Assembly: GCA_035509435.1 (NCBI GenBank) | Contig: DATJLR010000002.1 | Coordinates: 330,338 to 394,337 of the forward strand | Source of the DNA: Minisyncoccota bacterium | GTDB lineage: Bacteria; Patescibacteriota; Minisyncoccia; UBA6257; 2-01-FULL-56-20 | DNA: 64,000 nt | Direction: 5' to 3' | Part shown: positions 47,525-55,797 of the stretch, one piece after another | Layout: each line of letters begins with the position of its first letter | Position numbering within the stretch: the first letter of the stretch is position 1 | Translations under genes and position numbers: made by a program | Notes under the pieces: generated by a model | What the model saw: only the letters and a program-made list of their open reading frames with translations | Told to the model about the DNA's origin: nothing | Databases searched by the model: none

Positions 47525-48136
47525 TTGAGCGCACAAGTGATAGGTCTCGTCTCGGGCGGCTTGGTAATCGCAAGCATCGTTCCCTACGCCATCCGAGTGC
47601 ATCAGGGCAAGATCCATCCGGTTCCCACGAGCTGGTTGCTCTGGTCTTTCATCGGCCTCGCGCTCTTGCTCACTTACCGGAGCGCGGGCGCAACCGAAAA
47701 CGTATGGCCAGCAGTGTTCGGGTTTAGCAATCCGACGATCATCGCAATCATGGCCATCTCAAAACGCGAGCGATGGAAAAAGCCGGAACTGCACGAATGG
47801 TTCTGTCTCATCCTTGGCGTTGTAACCCTCATCGCTTGGTGGTTCGTCCGCCAGAGTCAGGAGCTTTCGCAGTGGGCATTACTCCTTGCGATCGTGGCTG
47901 ATCTCTTTGCGTGGGGTCCGACGGCGTTGTTCTTCTGGCGTCACCCCGAAGAGGATCGTCCGGCTGCGTGGTTCATCTTCGCAGTCGGTTACTTCATCAC
48001 GATCTTCGCCATCACAGAGCACACTCTTTCGAATTACATCCTGCCGCTCTACATGGCAGCGGGATCGTTCACGAGCACATTGCTCCTGTCGGTGCCTCGC
48101 CTCAAACGCAGGATACCGCTCAAGGAATGGATTTGA
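47525..48136 (+). CDS. Polytopic membrane protein, paralog family 2 of 2 (islet 2)
   Basis: TTG start 7 nt after RBS AAGGAGG; homologous to the membrane protein at 45997-46602. Confidence 0.6.
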   Translation: MSAQVIGLVSGGLVIASIVPYAIRVHQGKIHPVPTSWLLWSFIGLALLLTYRSAGATENVWPAVFGFSNPTIIAIMAISKRERWKKPELHEWFCLILGVVTLIAWWFVRQSQELSQWALLLAIVADLFAWGPTALFFWRHPEEDRPAAWFIFAVGYFITIFAITEHTLSNYILPLYMAAGSFTSTLLLSVPRLKRRIPLKEWI

Positions 48137-48286
48137 CTCAAACTCAACATGGCCCGGGCAGCGAAAGCACCCGGGCTGTTTTATTATCGTGTCGTGGTAT
48201 GCGGATGATGGACTCAGAACTAAAAAAGATAAGAAAATGCCCCAGCTTTTAGCCGAGGCATTAAACGTTAGCGTGTCTTGCAATTC

Positions 48287-49102
48287 TCACGCTACTTCCA
48301 AGATGTCGCCAATCTCCAATCCTCCATGGTGAAGGCAGGCGAAGTTCTTGCCGAACACGACGCCCTTCACGGGAATGCCGGGAAGTGCGGGCAGGCGGCG
48401 ATACTTGCTCAAAGCGAGAAGAGGTTCTTTCCCATTCAGACCCGTCTCCTGATCTATTGTGGGAATGGGACAGCGGACGCAGAGCTTGCCCCCTTTGAGA
48501 GTTGCTTCGGTCGTATCAATCACGTCCCACCCATCTTCGGCATACGGATCACAGTCGGTCACCACGATGTTTGGCCGAAACCGATTCATCGGAATGGGAA
48601 CCGTTGTCCGTGAGTTAAGGTCATCCAGCGATGCTTGGGAGATGAGAAGCAGAGGATATCCATCCGCAAAGCTGAGCGGAATATCGTTACCGCCCCTCGG
48701 ATCTTCGCGCTTCCGCTGGAAAGTTGGATCGTACTGAAGCAAGCGACAAGGAACGCCAAGGTTCTTTTCAAACCACCTGGAAGGCCTGTCACCCATGTCG
48801 ATGCCACGTCCGACGCGACCCCAGATGTCCACTTCCACCTTCTCGCCCTCGCCATCCGAAAGCGGAATTATCAATCTGTCGTCGTAATCCGCAGTCATCA
48901 CCTCAAGCCACTCATTGCAGATGGACGTGCGAATGAGGCACATCTTAGGCACTTTCCTTTGCGAGAGGAATGCCCCGTTGGAATCGATCAGGACAAATTC
49001 CCGATCGTGTTCAAAGCCGGATGGCGTGAGGACGGCCCGATCAACCGGGATGCCCCCGCAGGATTTGATGGGGTAAATGTACAGTTCCGCTATTTTTGGC
49101 AC
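48287..49102 (-). CDS. MOSC domain-containing protein (YcbX/mARC-like molybdenum-cofactor sulfurase C-terminal domain family) (islet 2)
   Basis: N-terminal beta-barrel MPKIAELYIYPIKSCGG with conserved Cys, MOSC core, 271 aa. Confidence 0.8.
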   Translation of the reverse strand: MPKIAELYIYPIKSCGGIPVDRAVLTPSGFEHDREFVLIDSNGAFLSQRKVPKMCLIRTSICNEWLEVMTADYDDRLIIPLSDGEGEKVEVDIWGRVGRGIDMGDRPSRWFEKNLGVPCRLLQYDPTFQRKREDPRGGNDIPLSFADGYPLLLISQASLDDLNSRTTVPIPMNRFRPNIVVTDCDPYAEDGWDVIDTTEATLKGGKLCVRCPIPTIDQETGLNGKEPLLALSKYRRLPALPGIPVKGVVFGKNFACLHHGGLEIGDILEVA

Positions 49103-49175
49103 GGAGGCCTCCTTTGGAAAAACTAGCCGTAGAATATCACTTCCCTAAAGAAGTGGCAATTCAAAATTGACGGCG

Positions 49176-49233
49176 TTGCGAATCGTTGCCGGGCAGCCTC
49201 TTAGGACGCAGTATCGTGCGTCCAGGGAGCGTC
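49176..49233 (+). repeat. Repeat copy C (attR-like): left arm shared with copy B, core, unique right flank
   Basis: Sequence comparison; similarity ends after GAGCGTC. Confidence 0.7.
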
Positions 49234-49332
49234 GAGGCCTCCCGAAAATGTGTGACCCGCAAGCCACGTCCTGCCTGCGTCGAAAAAGTTCTGGACCGGG
49301 GTGTCCAGCTATCTGCAAGGTATTAGGTTGAT

Positions 49333-50865
49333 CTATTGCGGCACGGGGACACGCCCTACCGGTTCCTTTTCGATCTCCCCGCTACGCTTGAGCCGGCGGC
49401 CGAGCGCGATATATTTGCGCGCGGAATTCTTCCAGGAAAAATCCTGCGCCATGGCCCGCTCGATAAGATGCTCCCATTCGCCCTTGTTGCGGTAACTTTC
49501 GTGGGCACGGACGATCGTGATGAGCAGCGCGTTCGGATCGAACGGCGCAAATACAAATCCGGTCCCCTTCCCGTGGTGCGGATCAAAATCCTCCACAGTA
49601 TCCGCAAGACCACCCGTCCTCCGGACGATCGGGATGCATCCGTAACGCATCGCCTCCAGCTGTACAAGGCCTGACGGCTCGAACCGCGACGGGATCAGGA
49701 TCGCATCCGCGCCGGCATAGATCATGCGCGGGATCTTGTCATCATATTCCAAATGGACGCTCACCCGATCCGGATATTTTTCGGAAAGCTCTTTGAAGAA
49801 TTTTTTATATTTTGAATCGCCGTCGCCGAGGAGAACGAACTGGAACGCCAGGTTGTCGAGGAGCGGCTGCATCGTGGATTCAAGCAGCGCGAACCCTTTT
49901 TGCTCGCTCAAACGCCCGTTCATCGCGATCAGCATCGTGTTCTCGTCCTCCTTGAGGCCGAACAGGCGCTGAAGAGCCGCTTTGTTCTTGGCGCGCCCGG
50001 CAAGATGGCGGCCGCTGTAGCGGGAAGTGATCTGCGTGTCGGTCGCAGGATCGAACCGCTCGGCATCGATGCCGTTCATGATGCCCACAAGGTTCTCGCG
50101 GCGCTCCTGCAATATCCCCTCCAGCCCTTCGCCGTATTCTTCCGTGGTGATCTCCTGCGCGTACGTGGGCGAGACCGTGACGACCTCATCCGCGTACAGG
50201 ATCCCGCGGCGCATGCCGTTCAAAAAATTCATATCGGTGAAGAACGGCGGGATCGGTTTTCTGCCGAAATCCGCGTCCATTTCCGGGACGAATGACGGAT
50301 CGAATGTTCCCTGATAGCGAAGGTTATGGATGCAGAAAATACTGCTGATGCCGTTGAGGTCTTCGTCCTCCGCGTATTCGGTCTTTAAAAGATCCGGAAT
50401 GAACCCTGTCTGCCAATCGCTTGCAATGATGAAGTCCGGCTTCCACTTTGATCGCTTTACGAATTCGATAGCGCATCGCGAAAGAAGCACCCATCGCATT
50501 GTATCGTCCGCGTAGCCGTAGACGTTCGCGCGTTTTTCAAAACATTCCATATTTTCCAAAAAATAGGTGATGCCTTTTTCGTCCCCGGTGTGGATCATGA
50601 TGTTGGAAACCAGGAGACCATTCGGATCTTCCTCTTTTGGCGCGACGCGCAGCCGCTCCATATGCAATTTTACCGGGAACTTTTCCTGGTCCATGCTGGC
50701 ATATTTAGGGACAAAAACACGGGCGTCGCAGCCAAGCTCTCGCATCGCGCGGGGCAATGCCCGCAATACCTCTCCAAGCCCTCCTACTTTTGCAAATGGC
50801 GCTGCCTCAGAACCGACAAAAAGCACCTTAAGCGGCTTTTCCGAAGCCGGAAGTTTTAATTTCAT
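49333..50865 (-). CDS. glgA: Glycogen/starch synthase (GT5, ADP-glucose type)
   Basis: KVGGLGEV, VSPTYAQEI, RFEPSGL, VRRTGGLADTV blocks collinear with GlgA. Confidence 0.9.
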   Translation of the reverse strand: MKLKLPASEKPLKVLFVGSEAAPFAKVGGLGEVLRALPRAMRELGCDARVFVPKYASMDQEKFPVKLHMERLRVAPKEEDPNGLLVSNIMIHTGDEKGITYFLENMECFEKRANVYGYADDTMRWVLLSRCAIEFVKRSKWKPDFIIASDWQTGFIPDLLKTEYAEDEDLNGISSIFCIHNLRYQGTFDPSFVPEMDADFGRKPIPPFFTDMNFLNGMRRGILYADEVVTVSPTYAQEITTEEYGEGLEGILQERRENLVGIMNGIDAERFDPATDTQITSRYSGRHLAGRAKNKAALQRLFGLKEDENTMLIAMNGRLSEQKGFALLESTMQPLLDNLAFQFVLLGDGDSKYKKFFKELSEKYPDRVSVHLEYDDKIPRMIYAGADAILIPSRFEPSGLVQLEAMRYGCIPIVRRTGGLADTVEDFDPHHGKGTGFVFAPFDPNALLITIVRAHESYRNKGEWEHLIERAMAQDFSWKNSARKYIALGRRLKRSGEIEKEPVGRVPVPQ

Positions 50866-50923
50866 GCATATTCATTATACCACGGAGCCTCATTGCGCCG
50901 CACATGCGCGCGAAGAAGGTGCG

Positions 50924-51661
50924 CTATGATGCCATGTTCGCTTTAAAGAACGCGAGCACTTTCTTCCACGCATCATCCGCGGCTTCGCGGTTATACATGC
51001 GGGGATTTGTGTCGTTGAAGAACGCATGTCCCGCGCCCGGATATACGATGGGGTCGAAAACCTTCCCGTTCTTTTTCATATCTTCTTTTAATGCTGGCAG
51101 GGATTCCATAAGATTGGCATCCTGGTCGCCATAGAAGGCAAGAATAGGGCACGTGATGTCCGCGATCTCCCCTTCTGCGGGCGGATGGCCGTAGAACGGC
51201 GCGGCGGCCTTCACGCGAGGATCATGCGCGGCGAGATGAAAGCTATACGTGCCGCCAAAACAAAAACCCACCACGCCGATGGCGCCGTTCACGCGCTCAT
51301 CAGCCATCAGATGGTCCACGCACGCCTTCAGGGTCGCTATCGTATGCTCCGCGTATTCCGGCTGCTGCGTCGGCGCCATTGCGGCGCGCAGTTTCGGCTG
51401 GACCTCGTTGCGCTTTTCCGGATCAAAAAGATCCTGCTGCAGCTGCGGGGTGAGGATCGCAAGCAGCCCTTCCGGCAAAAGTTCAGGTGAGATCACATTG
51501 TATCCTTCCGCGGCAAACCGGTCCACGACCGAACGGATGTGGCCGTTCACGCCCCAGATCTCTTCTATAAGGACCAGTCCGGGGTATTTTTTGCCGTCAT
51601 CGGGATACGCCTGATATGCCGCCGCGCCGTTGATCGTCAGATCCTTTTTTATGATGTTCAT
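50924..51661 (-). CDS. Dienelactone hydrolase family protein
   Basis: GLVLIEEIWG N-terminal block, nucleophile GFCFGG, catalytic His in GAGHAF. Confidence 0.8.
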   Translation of the reverse strand: MNIIKKDLTINGAAAYQAYPDDGKKYPGLVLIEEIWGVNGHIRSVVDRFAAEGYNVISPELLPEGLLAILTPQLQQDLFDPEKRNEVQPKLRAAMAPTQQPEYAEHTIATLKACVDHLMADERVNGAIGVVGFCFGGTYSFHLAAHDPRVKAAAPFYGHPPAEGEIADITCPILAFYGDQDANLMESLPALKEDMKKNGKVFDPIVYPGAGHAFFNDTNPRMYNREAADDAWKKVLAFFKANMAS

Positions 51662-51709
51662 ATTCCTATGATACCACGCGCCCGGCGATTTTATTACCGT
51701 GCGCGGCGA

Positions 51710-53161
51710 TCAGAGCGCGGTTGCCGTGATCTTCGTTACGCGGATCTGGCTGTTCCCCGCTTGGGGATCCCACGTGATGAAGCCGATGCCGCCGCGCGGC
51801 AACACATCGCCGTTCATCACGGCGGAAATCGTCTGATTGTCCACGCCGCATTGCACATTCGCTCCATTTACCGTCATGGAAACGGGAAAACCGATGCCGA
51901 ACATGTGGGCCGCGCTTGTCGTAAGCGTTTCGCCCGGACTCAACTGGATCGTCTGGCCGTTCTGGATCATATTGATGCTCACATTCGTGTCAGCCGCGTC
52001 CACATCGGAAAAAATGCACTCCAGTAAATTCCCGCCATCCATGCGGCGGGCGACGAGGTCGAACGTCTGCCCGCTTACCCATCCCACATAAGCGGTATAC
52101 GTATAGTTGATCCAGCCGCCGGAACCGTTCAGGAATATTCCGGCGCTTGTACCCGTAATGTCCGTACCGAGGTTCAATGCCCCGCCGGTCGTGGAAAAAA
52201 CGCCCCAACCGCTACCCCAATCGGCCGCGCTGAAGGTGGATGTTGAATACGGAAGCGGGATGATAGATGCGGCAGGCGGCGCGGGCGTGGGATTGGATGC
52301 CGGCGCGGCGGACTGGGCGGCCGCCTGGGAGGGCGTGGCGACGGGAAATGGGACGCTGATGGTCTCGTTCGAAAGCGGCATCACGGAAACCTCGCTCACC
52401 GCCACCCCTTTTTGCGACGCCGGCTGGCCGAACGTCACGAATCCGATCCCGCCGACCGGCGATTCATTCGCCGCAACGTGCGTGGCAACCGCCTCGTGGC
52501 CGTTCATCATGCAGCCGATGTCATTGCCATATACTTCCATGCCGAAATTCTCGGACGCGCCCTGCGCTGCCGTCGTTGATGCGGCCGCGTATGCGATCTG
52601 CGTATCGGCGGTGTTCACGCGCTCGATCACCTCCGTACCGTTGGGACCAAACTCGCAATAGACAAAATCCTGCTGGTTGTTGGAAACACGGGCCACGATA
52701 TCGAACCATCCGCCTTCAAGCGGCGAGGCGTCCGCATTCACGGCGTAGTTCGTCCAGGAAGATGCGCCGGCCAAAAAGCTGTTCGCGCCGTGCGTTGCCG
52801 GATCGGGAATGAGCGTCAGCATATTGTTCTCATAGGAAAGCGCCCCCCATGCTTTTGGCCAATAGGTGGATGTCGCGGTTGCGGGACCGAATGAATACGG
52901 CAACGGAAGTGACGCGGCCGCTTTTACCGAAGACGGGACAGAAATGATAACGGTGCTCGTAGGGATCGTCTCAACATTCTGTTGCGGATTTTCCGGCAGC
53001 GACGGCGCTGAGGCCGAGGACGACGCAACCGCGGAAACGGACGGCGGAACCGGATTCGCAGTATTTTTTTGCGCTTTGATATAGAAAAGACCGCCTGCGA
53101 TCGCGCCGCCGATCACAATGAGCGATGCGAAGAATATGCCAAGTTCGGTCTTCCGGTTCAT
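51710..53161 (-). CDS. Secreted/membrane-anchored protein with two tandem ~170-aa repeated domains
   Basis: N-terminal TM; both repeats start LPLPYS/IPLPYS and end GGIGF(V/I)T(F/W). Confidence 0.6.
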   Translation of the reverse strand: MNRKTELGIFFASLIVIGGAIAGGLFYIKAQKNTANPVPPSVSAVASSSASAPSLPENPQQNVETIPTSTVIISVPSSVKAAASLPLPYSFGPATATSTYWPKAWGALSYENNMLTLIPDPATHGANSFLAGASSWTNYAVNADASPLEGGWFDIVARVSNNQQDFVYCEFGPNGTEVIERVNTADTQIAYAAASTTAAQGASENFGMEVYGNDIGCMMNGHEAVATHVAANESPVGGIGFVTFGQPASQKGVAVSEVSVMPLSNETISVPFPVATPSQAAAQSAAPASNPTPAPPAASIIPLPYSTSTFSAADWGSGWGVFSTTGGALNLGTDITGTSAGIFLNGSGGWINYTYTAYVGWVSGQTFDLVARRMDGGNLLECIFSDVDAADTNVSINMIQNGQTIQLSPGETLTTSAAHMFGIGFPVSMTVNGANVQCGVDNQTISAVMNGDVLPRGGIGFITWDPQAGNSQIRVTKITATAL

Positions 53162-53180
53162 CGGAAATGCGACAATAGGG

Positions 53181-53912
53181 CTAGTGCACGAGCCCTTCTT
53201 TTTTGCCGTAGGCCGTGAGTGCGTCCATGATATCGCTCATGGTATCCACTATAAAATATTTCTTGTGATATTCGTAGGTGCGTCCGGAGGTCGCAATGAC
53301 CGTTTTAAGGTCGAACGGGACCACCTTCCCTTTTTTGATCATGTTCATCGCGTGTTTGGATTCTCCATATGACGAAAGCAATCCGGCGCCGAGAAATTTT
53401 ATTTTTCCTTTCTCTTTGATCATGCCGAACTCAACGCCGAGCGACCAGATGCGCGAGATATGGAGCAGCTGGCGCTTGTTCGCGCGGCTGCACATATCGC
53501 CGAACTTCTGCGCCATCGCCGCGAATTTCTTATCGGTAAGGAACGGCAGGTGGCCGAAATATTCATGGAACAGGTCCGGCGTCGCGGAATAATCGAAATG
53601 TTCCGGCTTGCGGATATAATCGGTGACCGGGAACGAACGCTTCTTCATCGCCACAAACCAATCTTCCATGGACATCGTGATGTTGCCGGCGCTGGAAAGT
53701 TTCCATCCGGTCATGCGGTTGATCCGCGCGCTCACGCGGCGCTGGTCGGGAACATGCTTGGAATCGAGCGCGAGTTTCTTTGAACCGGCGAGAAATTCCT
53801 TGCAGGCGTAATCTGCCACAAGCGCTTTCTGGCGCGCAAAAAGTCGCGCCCAGGTGGCGTGGTCTTCGACCGAATACTTCGTGCGGAGTTTCACTTGCGT
53901 CGCGGTAGCCAT
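53181..53912 (-). CDS. phhA: Phenylalanine-4-hydroxylase (biopterin-dependent aromatic amino acid hydroxylase)
   Basis: Iron-ligand motif PDLFHEYFGHLPFL (2-His) and downstream Glu region; length 243 aa. Confidence 0.85.
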   Translation of the reverse strand: MATATQVKLRTKYSVEDHATWARLFARQKALVADYACKEFLAGSKKLALDSKHVPDQRRVSARINRMTGWKLSSAGNITMSMEDWFVAMKKRSFPVTDYIRKPEHFDYSATPDLFHEYFGHLPFLTDKKFAAMAQKFGDMCSRANKRQLLHISRIWSLGVEFGMIKEKGKIKFLGAGLLSSYGESKHAMNMIKKGKVVPFDLKTVIATSGRTYEYHKKYFIVDTMSDIMDALTAYGKKEGLVH

Positions 53913-53985
53913 GGGAAATACTGGGGTAATATAGCATAGAGAATATCATTTGTCAACTTTCACATAATTGTGTATTCTTTATGCC

Positions 53986-54891
53986 ATGAAACGGTTCATG
54001 CAATGGCTCGACGACCGCACGTTCCAGCGCCGCACGATCATCCGGTATACATTCCTGTACCTGAAGGCGCGGTGGAAGAACGGTTTCAAAGGTCCCACGA
54101 TCCTCTTTTACCCGGACGTGCCCCGGGTGTGGAACGTCATCTATCTCGTATGCAAGGTGCTCGGGTATCGCATCACGAACGATCCCGACGCGCATTTTGA
54201 CATGGCGATGGCGTTCCAGGACATCACGGTGCGTCCAGAAAATAAGACGCTCGCCGAACTTTCAAAAAGGCGCGAAGTGCTCAACGGTCGCTGCGGCGAC
54301 ATCAGCAAGGCGCGCGTGGATCGGATATTCCTTGAAACATTCGGGTACGGGCTCACGATCGATCCGCGCACCCATCGCGGGAGTTATGTCAAAAAAACGG
54401 ACACGAACGCCCTCCATATTGCGACAATAGAGGCCGCACCGGCCGAACCGGAGAACGGATTCGTCTATCAGAAACTGATAGACAACAAGGGTGACAGCGA
54501 CACCACTACCGATATCCGGACCTTTATTTTTGACGACACGATTCCTTTTACGCTTTATAGAAATCACGACATCAATGACCGCTTCGGCGATGAAACGATC
54601 GTCGCCGCACGGGTGGATGCGAATAAGGCGTTCAGCAAAGAAGAACAGGCACAGATCATCCGCTTCTGCAAGAACTTCGGCCTCGACTATGGCGAGCTCG
54701 ATATCCTCCGCGACAAAAATGACGGACGGATCTATATCGTGGACGTGAACAATACACCGTCGGGACCGCATCCCGGCGTGCATATGTCAAAAGCGGATTA
54801 CGGCCGCTTTGTGGCAGAGCTGGCTGCGGCGTTCGAAAAAATGGTACGCAACGCCATCGATAAGAACTCAAGCCACATTCCGGCCGTATAG
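53986..54891 (+). CDS. ATP-grasp-like protein (start of glycan locus); possibly leaderless
   Basis: C-terminal GELDILRDKNDGRIYIVDVNNTP resembles the ATP-grasp Mg/ATP-binding loop; TTGTCA/17/TATTCT promoter ends 7 nt before the ATG. Confidence 0.6.
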   Translation: MKRFMQWLDDRTFQRRTIIRYTFLYLKARWKNGFKGPTILFYPDVPRVWNVIYLVCKVLGYRITNDPDAHFDMAMAFQDITVRPENKTLAELSKRREVLNGRCGDISKARVDRIFLETFGYGLTIDPRTHRGSYVKKTDTNALHIATIEAAPAEPENGFVYQKLIDNKGDSDTTTDIRTFIFDDTIPFTLYRNHDINDRFGDETIVAARVDANKAFSKEEQAQIIRFCKNFGLDYGELDILRDKNDGRIYIVDVNNTPSGPHPGVHMSKADYGRFVAELAAAFEKMVRNAIDKNSSHIPAV

Positions 54892-55730
54892 ATCATGTTC
54901 ATAAGCACCGTTTTGAACGGATGGTTCCCGATATTTTTCATGCAGGCGAGAACGATGATGAATGGATACCACCAGATATAGAACGTAAGCGGCAGGCCAA
55001 AAAAATACATCGTATAGACGGTGATGTAAAGGTTTCCGCCCAGTAATTCGCGGGAAAGTTCTGGATGCTTTACAAGGATCCTCGCGCGCGCCTTTCCGTA
55101 CCGGAATGAACGGTGGATCTCTTCGCTGAACGTCCCCCAATCATGGGTAACGACTGCCGCGCGATGGAACAGGATCCGATTTCCCGCTTTTGTGCAACGC
55201 CAGGTAAAATCAGCGTCCGATCCGTATAAAAACGATTCATCGAACTTCCCCACAGTTTCCCAAAGCGCCTTTTTGAACGCAAGATTGCTCGTGGCGGTCG
55301 TCGTGACATATCCGTCGTTCCGATCGTGCTCGGGATTTATATTCACGTACACATTCGGATCGGTGGCGCGGACAACGCCCGCGACCATTGTCTCTTTCCC
55401 TTCGAGGATCGGCCGGGTGAGCTCCACCAGCCAATCACCCACGGGAACACAATTCGCGTCGATAAAGACGATGATATCCCCTTGTGCAAGCGCGACGGCT
55501 GCGTTGCGTTGTTCGGGGATGGAGGTCTTATTGGCCACCGCGGGCACAAATTGATGCCAGCGGACAGCCGGATGCGCGGCGCGGATATCGGCAAGCCGGG
55601 AAGGATCTGACGCATCGACCACGATGACCTCCGTGGCGGCGGGCTTTTTTTGCGCTTCGAGCGCGGTAAGTGTGTTTGCAATGCCGCGATCGTTCTTTAC
55701 TATCGTAATGACGGATATCTCGGGCTTCAT
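54798..55730 (-). CDS. Family 2 glycosyltransferase (GT-A) with C-terminal TM helices
   Basis: ISVITIVKND start block, DxD-type VFIDANC region; 3' end overlaps the convergent ATP-grasp gene by 94 nt. Confidence 0.8.
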   Translation of the reverse strand: MKPEISVITIVKNDRGIANTLTALEAQKKPAATEVIVVDASDPSRLADIRAAHPAVRWHQFVPAVANKTSIPEQRNAAVALAQGDIIVFIDANCVPVGDWLVELTRPILEGKETMVAGVVRATDPNVYVNINPEHDRNDGYVTTTATSNLAFKKALWETVGKFDESFLYGSDADFTWRCTKAGNRILFHRAAVVTHDWGTFSEEIHRSFRYGKARARILVKHPELSRELLGGNLYITVYTMYFFGLPLTFYIWWYPFIIVLACMKNIGNHPFKTVLMNMIYTAGMWLEFLSMALRTIFSNAAASSATKRP

Positions 55731-55761
55731 GATGGAATAAATATATATTTTTTTTGGCATA

Positions 55762-55790
55762 TTGTCAAATTTCACGTTCTTCTATATACT
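55762..55790 (+). promoter_or_regulatory. Sigma70-like promoter (TTGTCA, 17-nt spacer, TATACT) for the flippase gene, divergent from the GT2 gene
   Basis: Hexamers read from sequence. Confidence 0.35.
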
Positions 55791-55797
55791 GGAGCGC

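Noticed and set aside
43609-49300. Integron interpretation of the repeat-bounded cassettes
   Set aside because: No intI or attI nearby; the repeats are direct copies with a shared core rather than attC sites with R''-L''/L'-R' architecture and a GTTRRRY core; cassettes are multi-gene.
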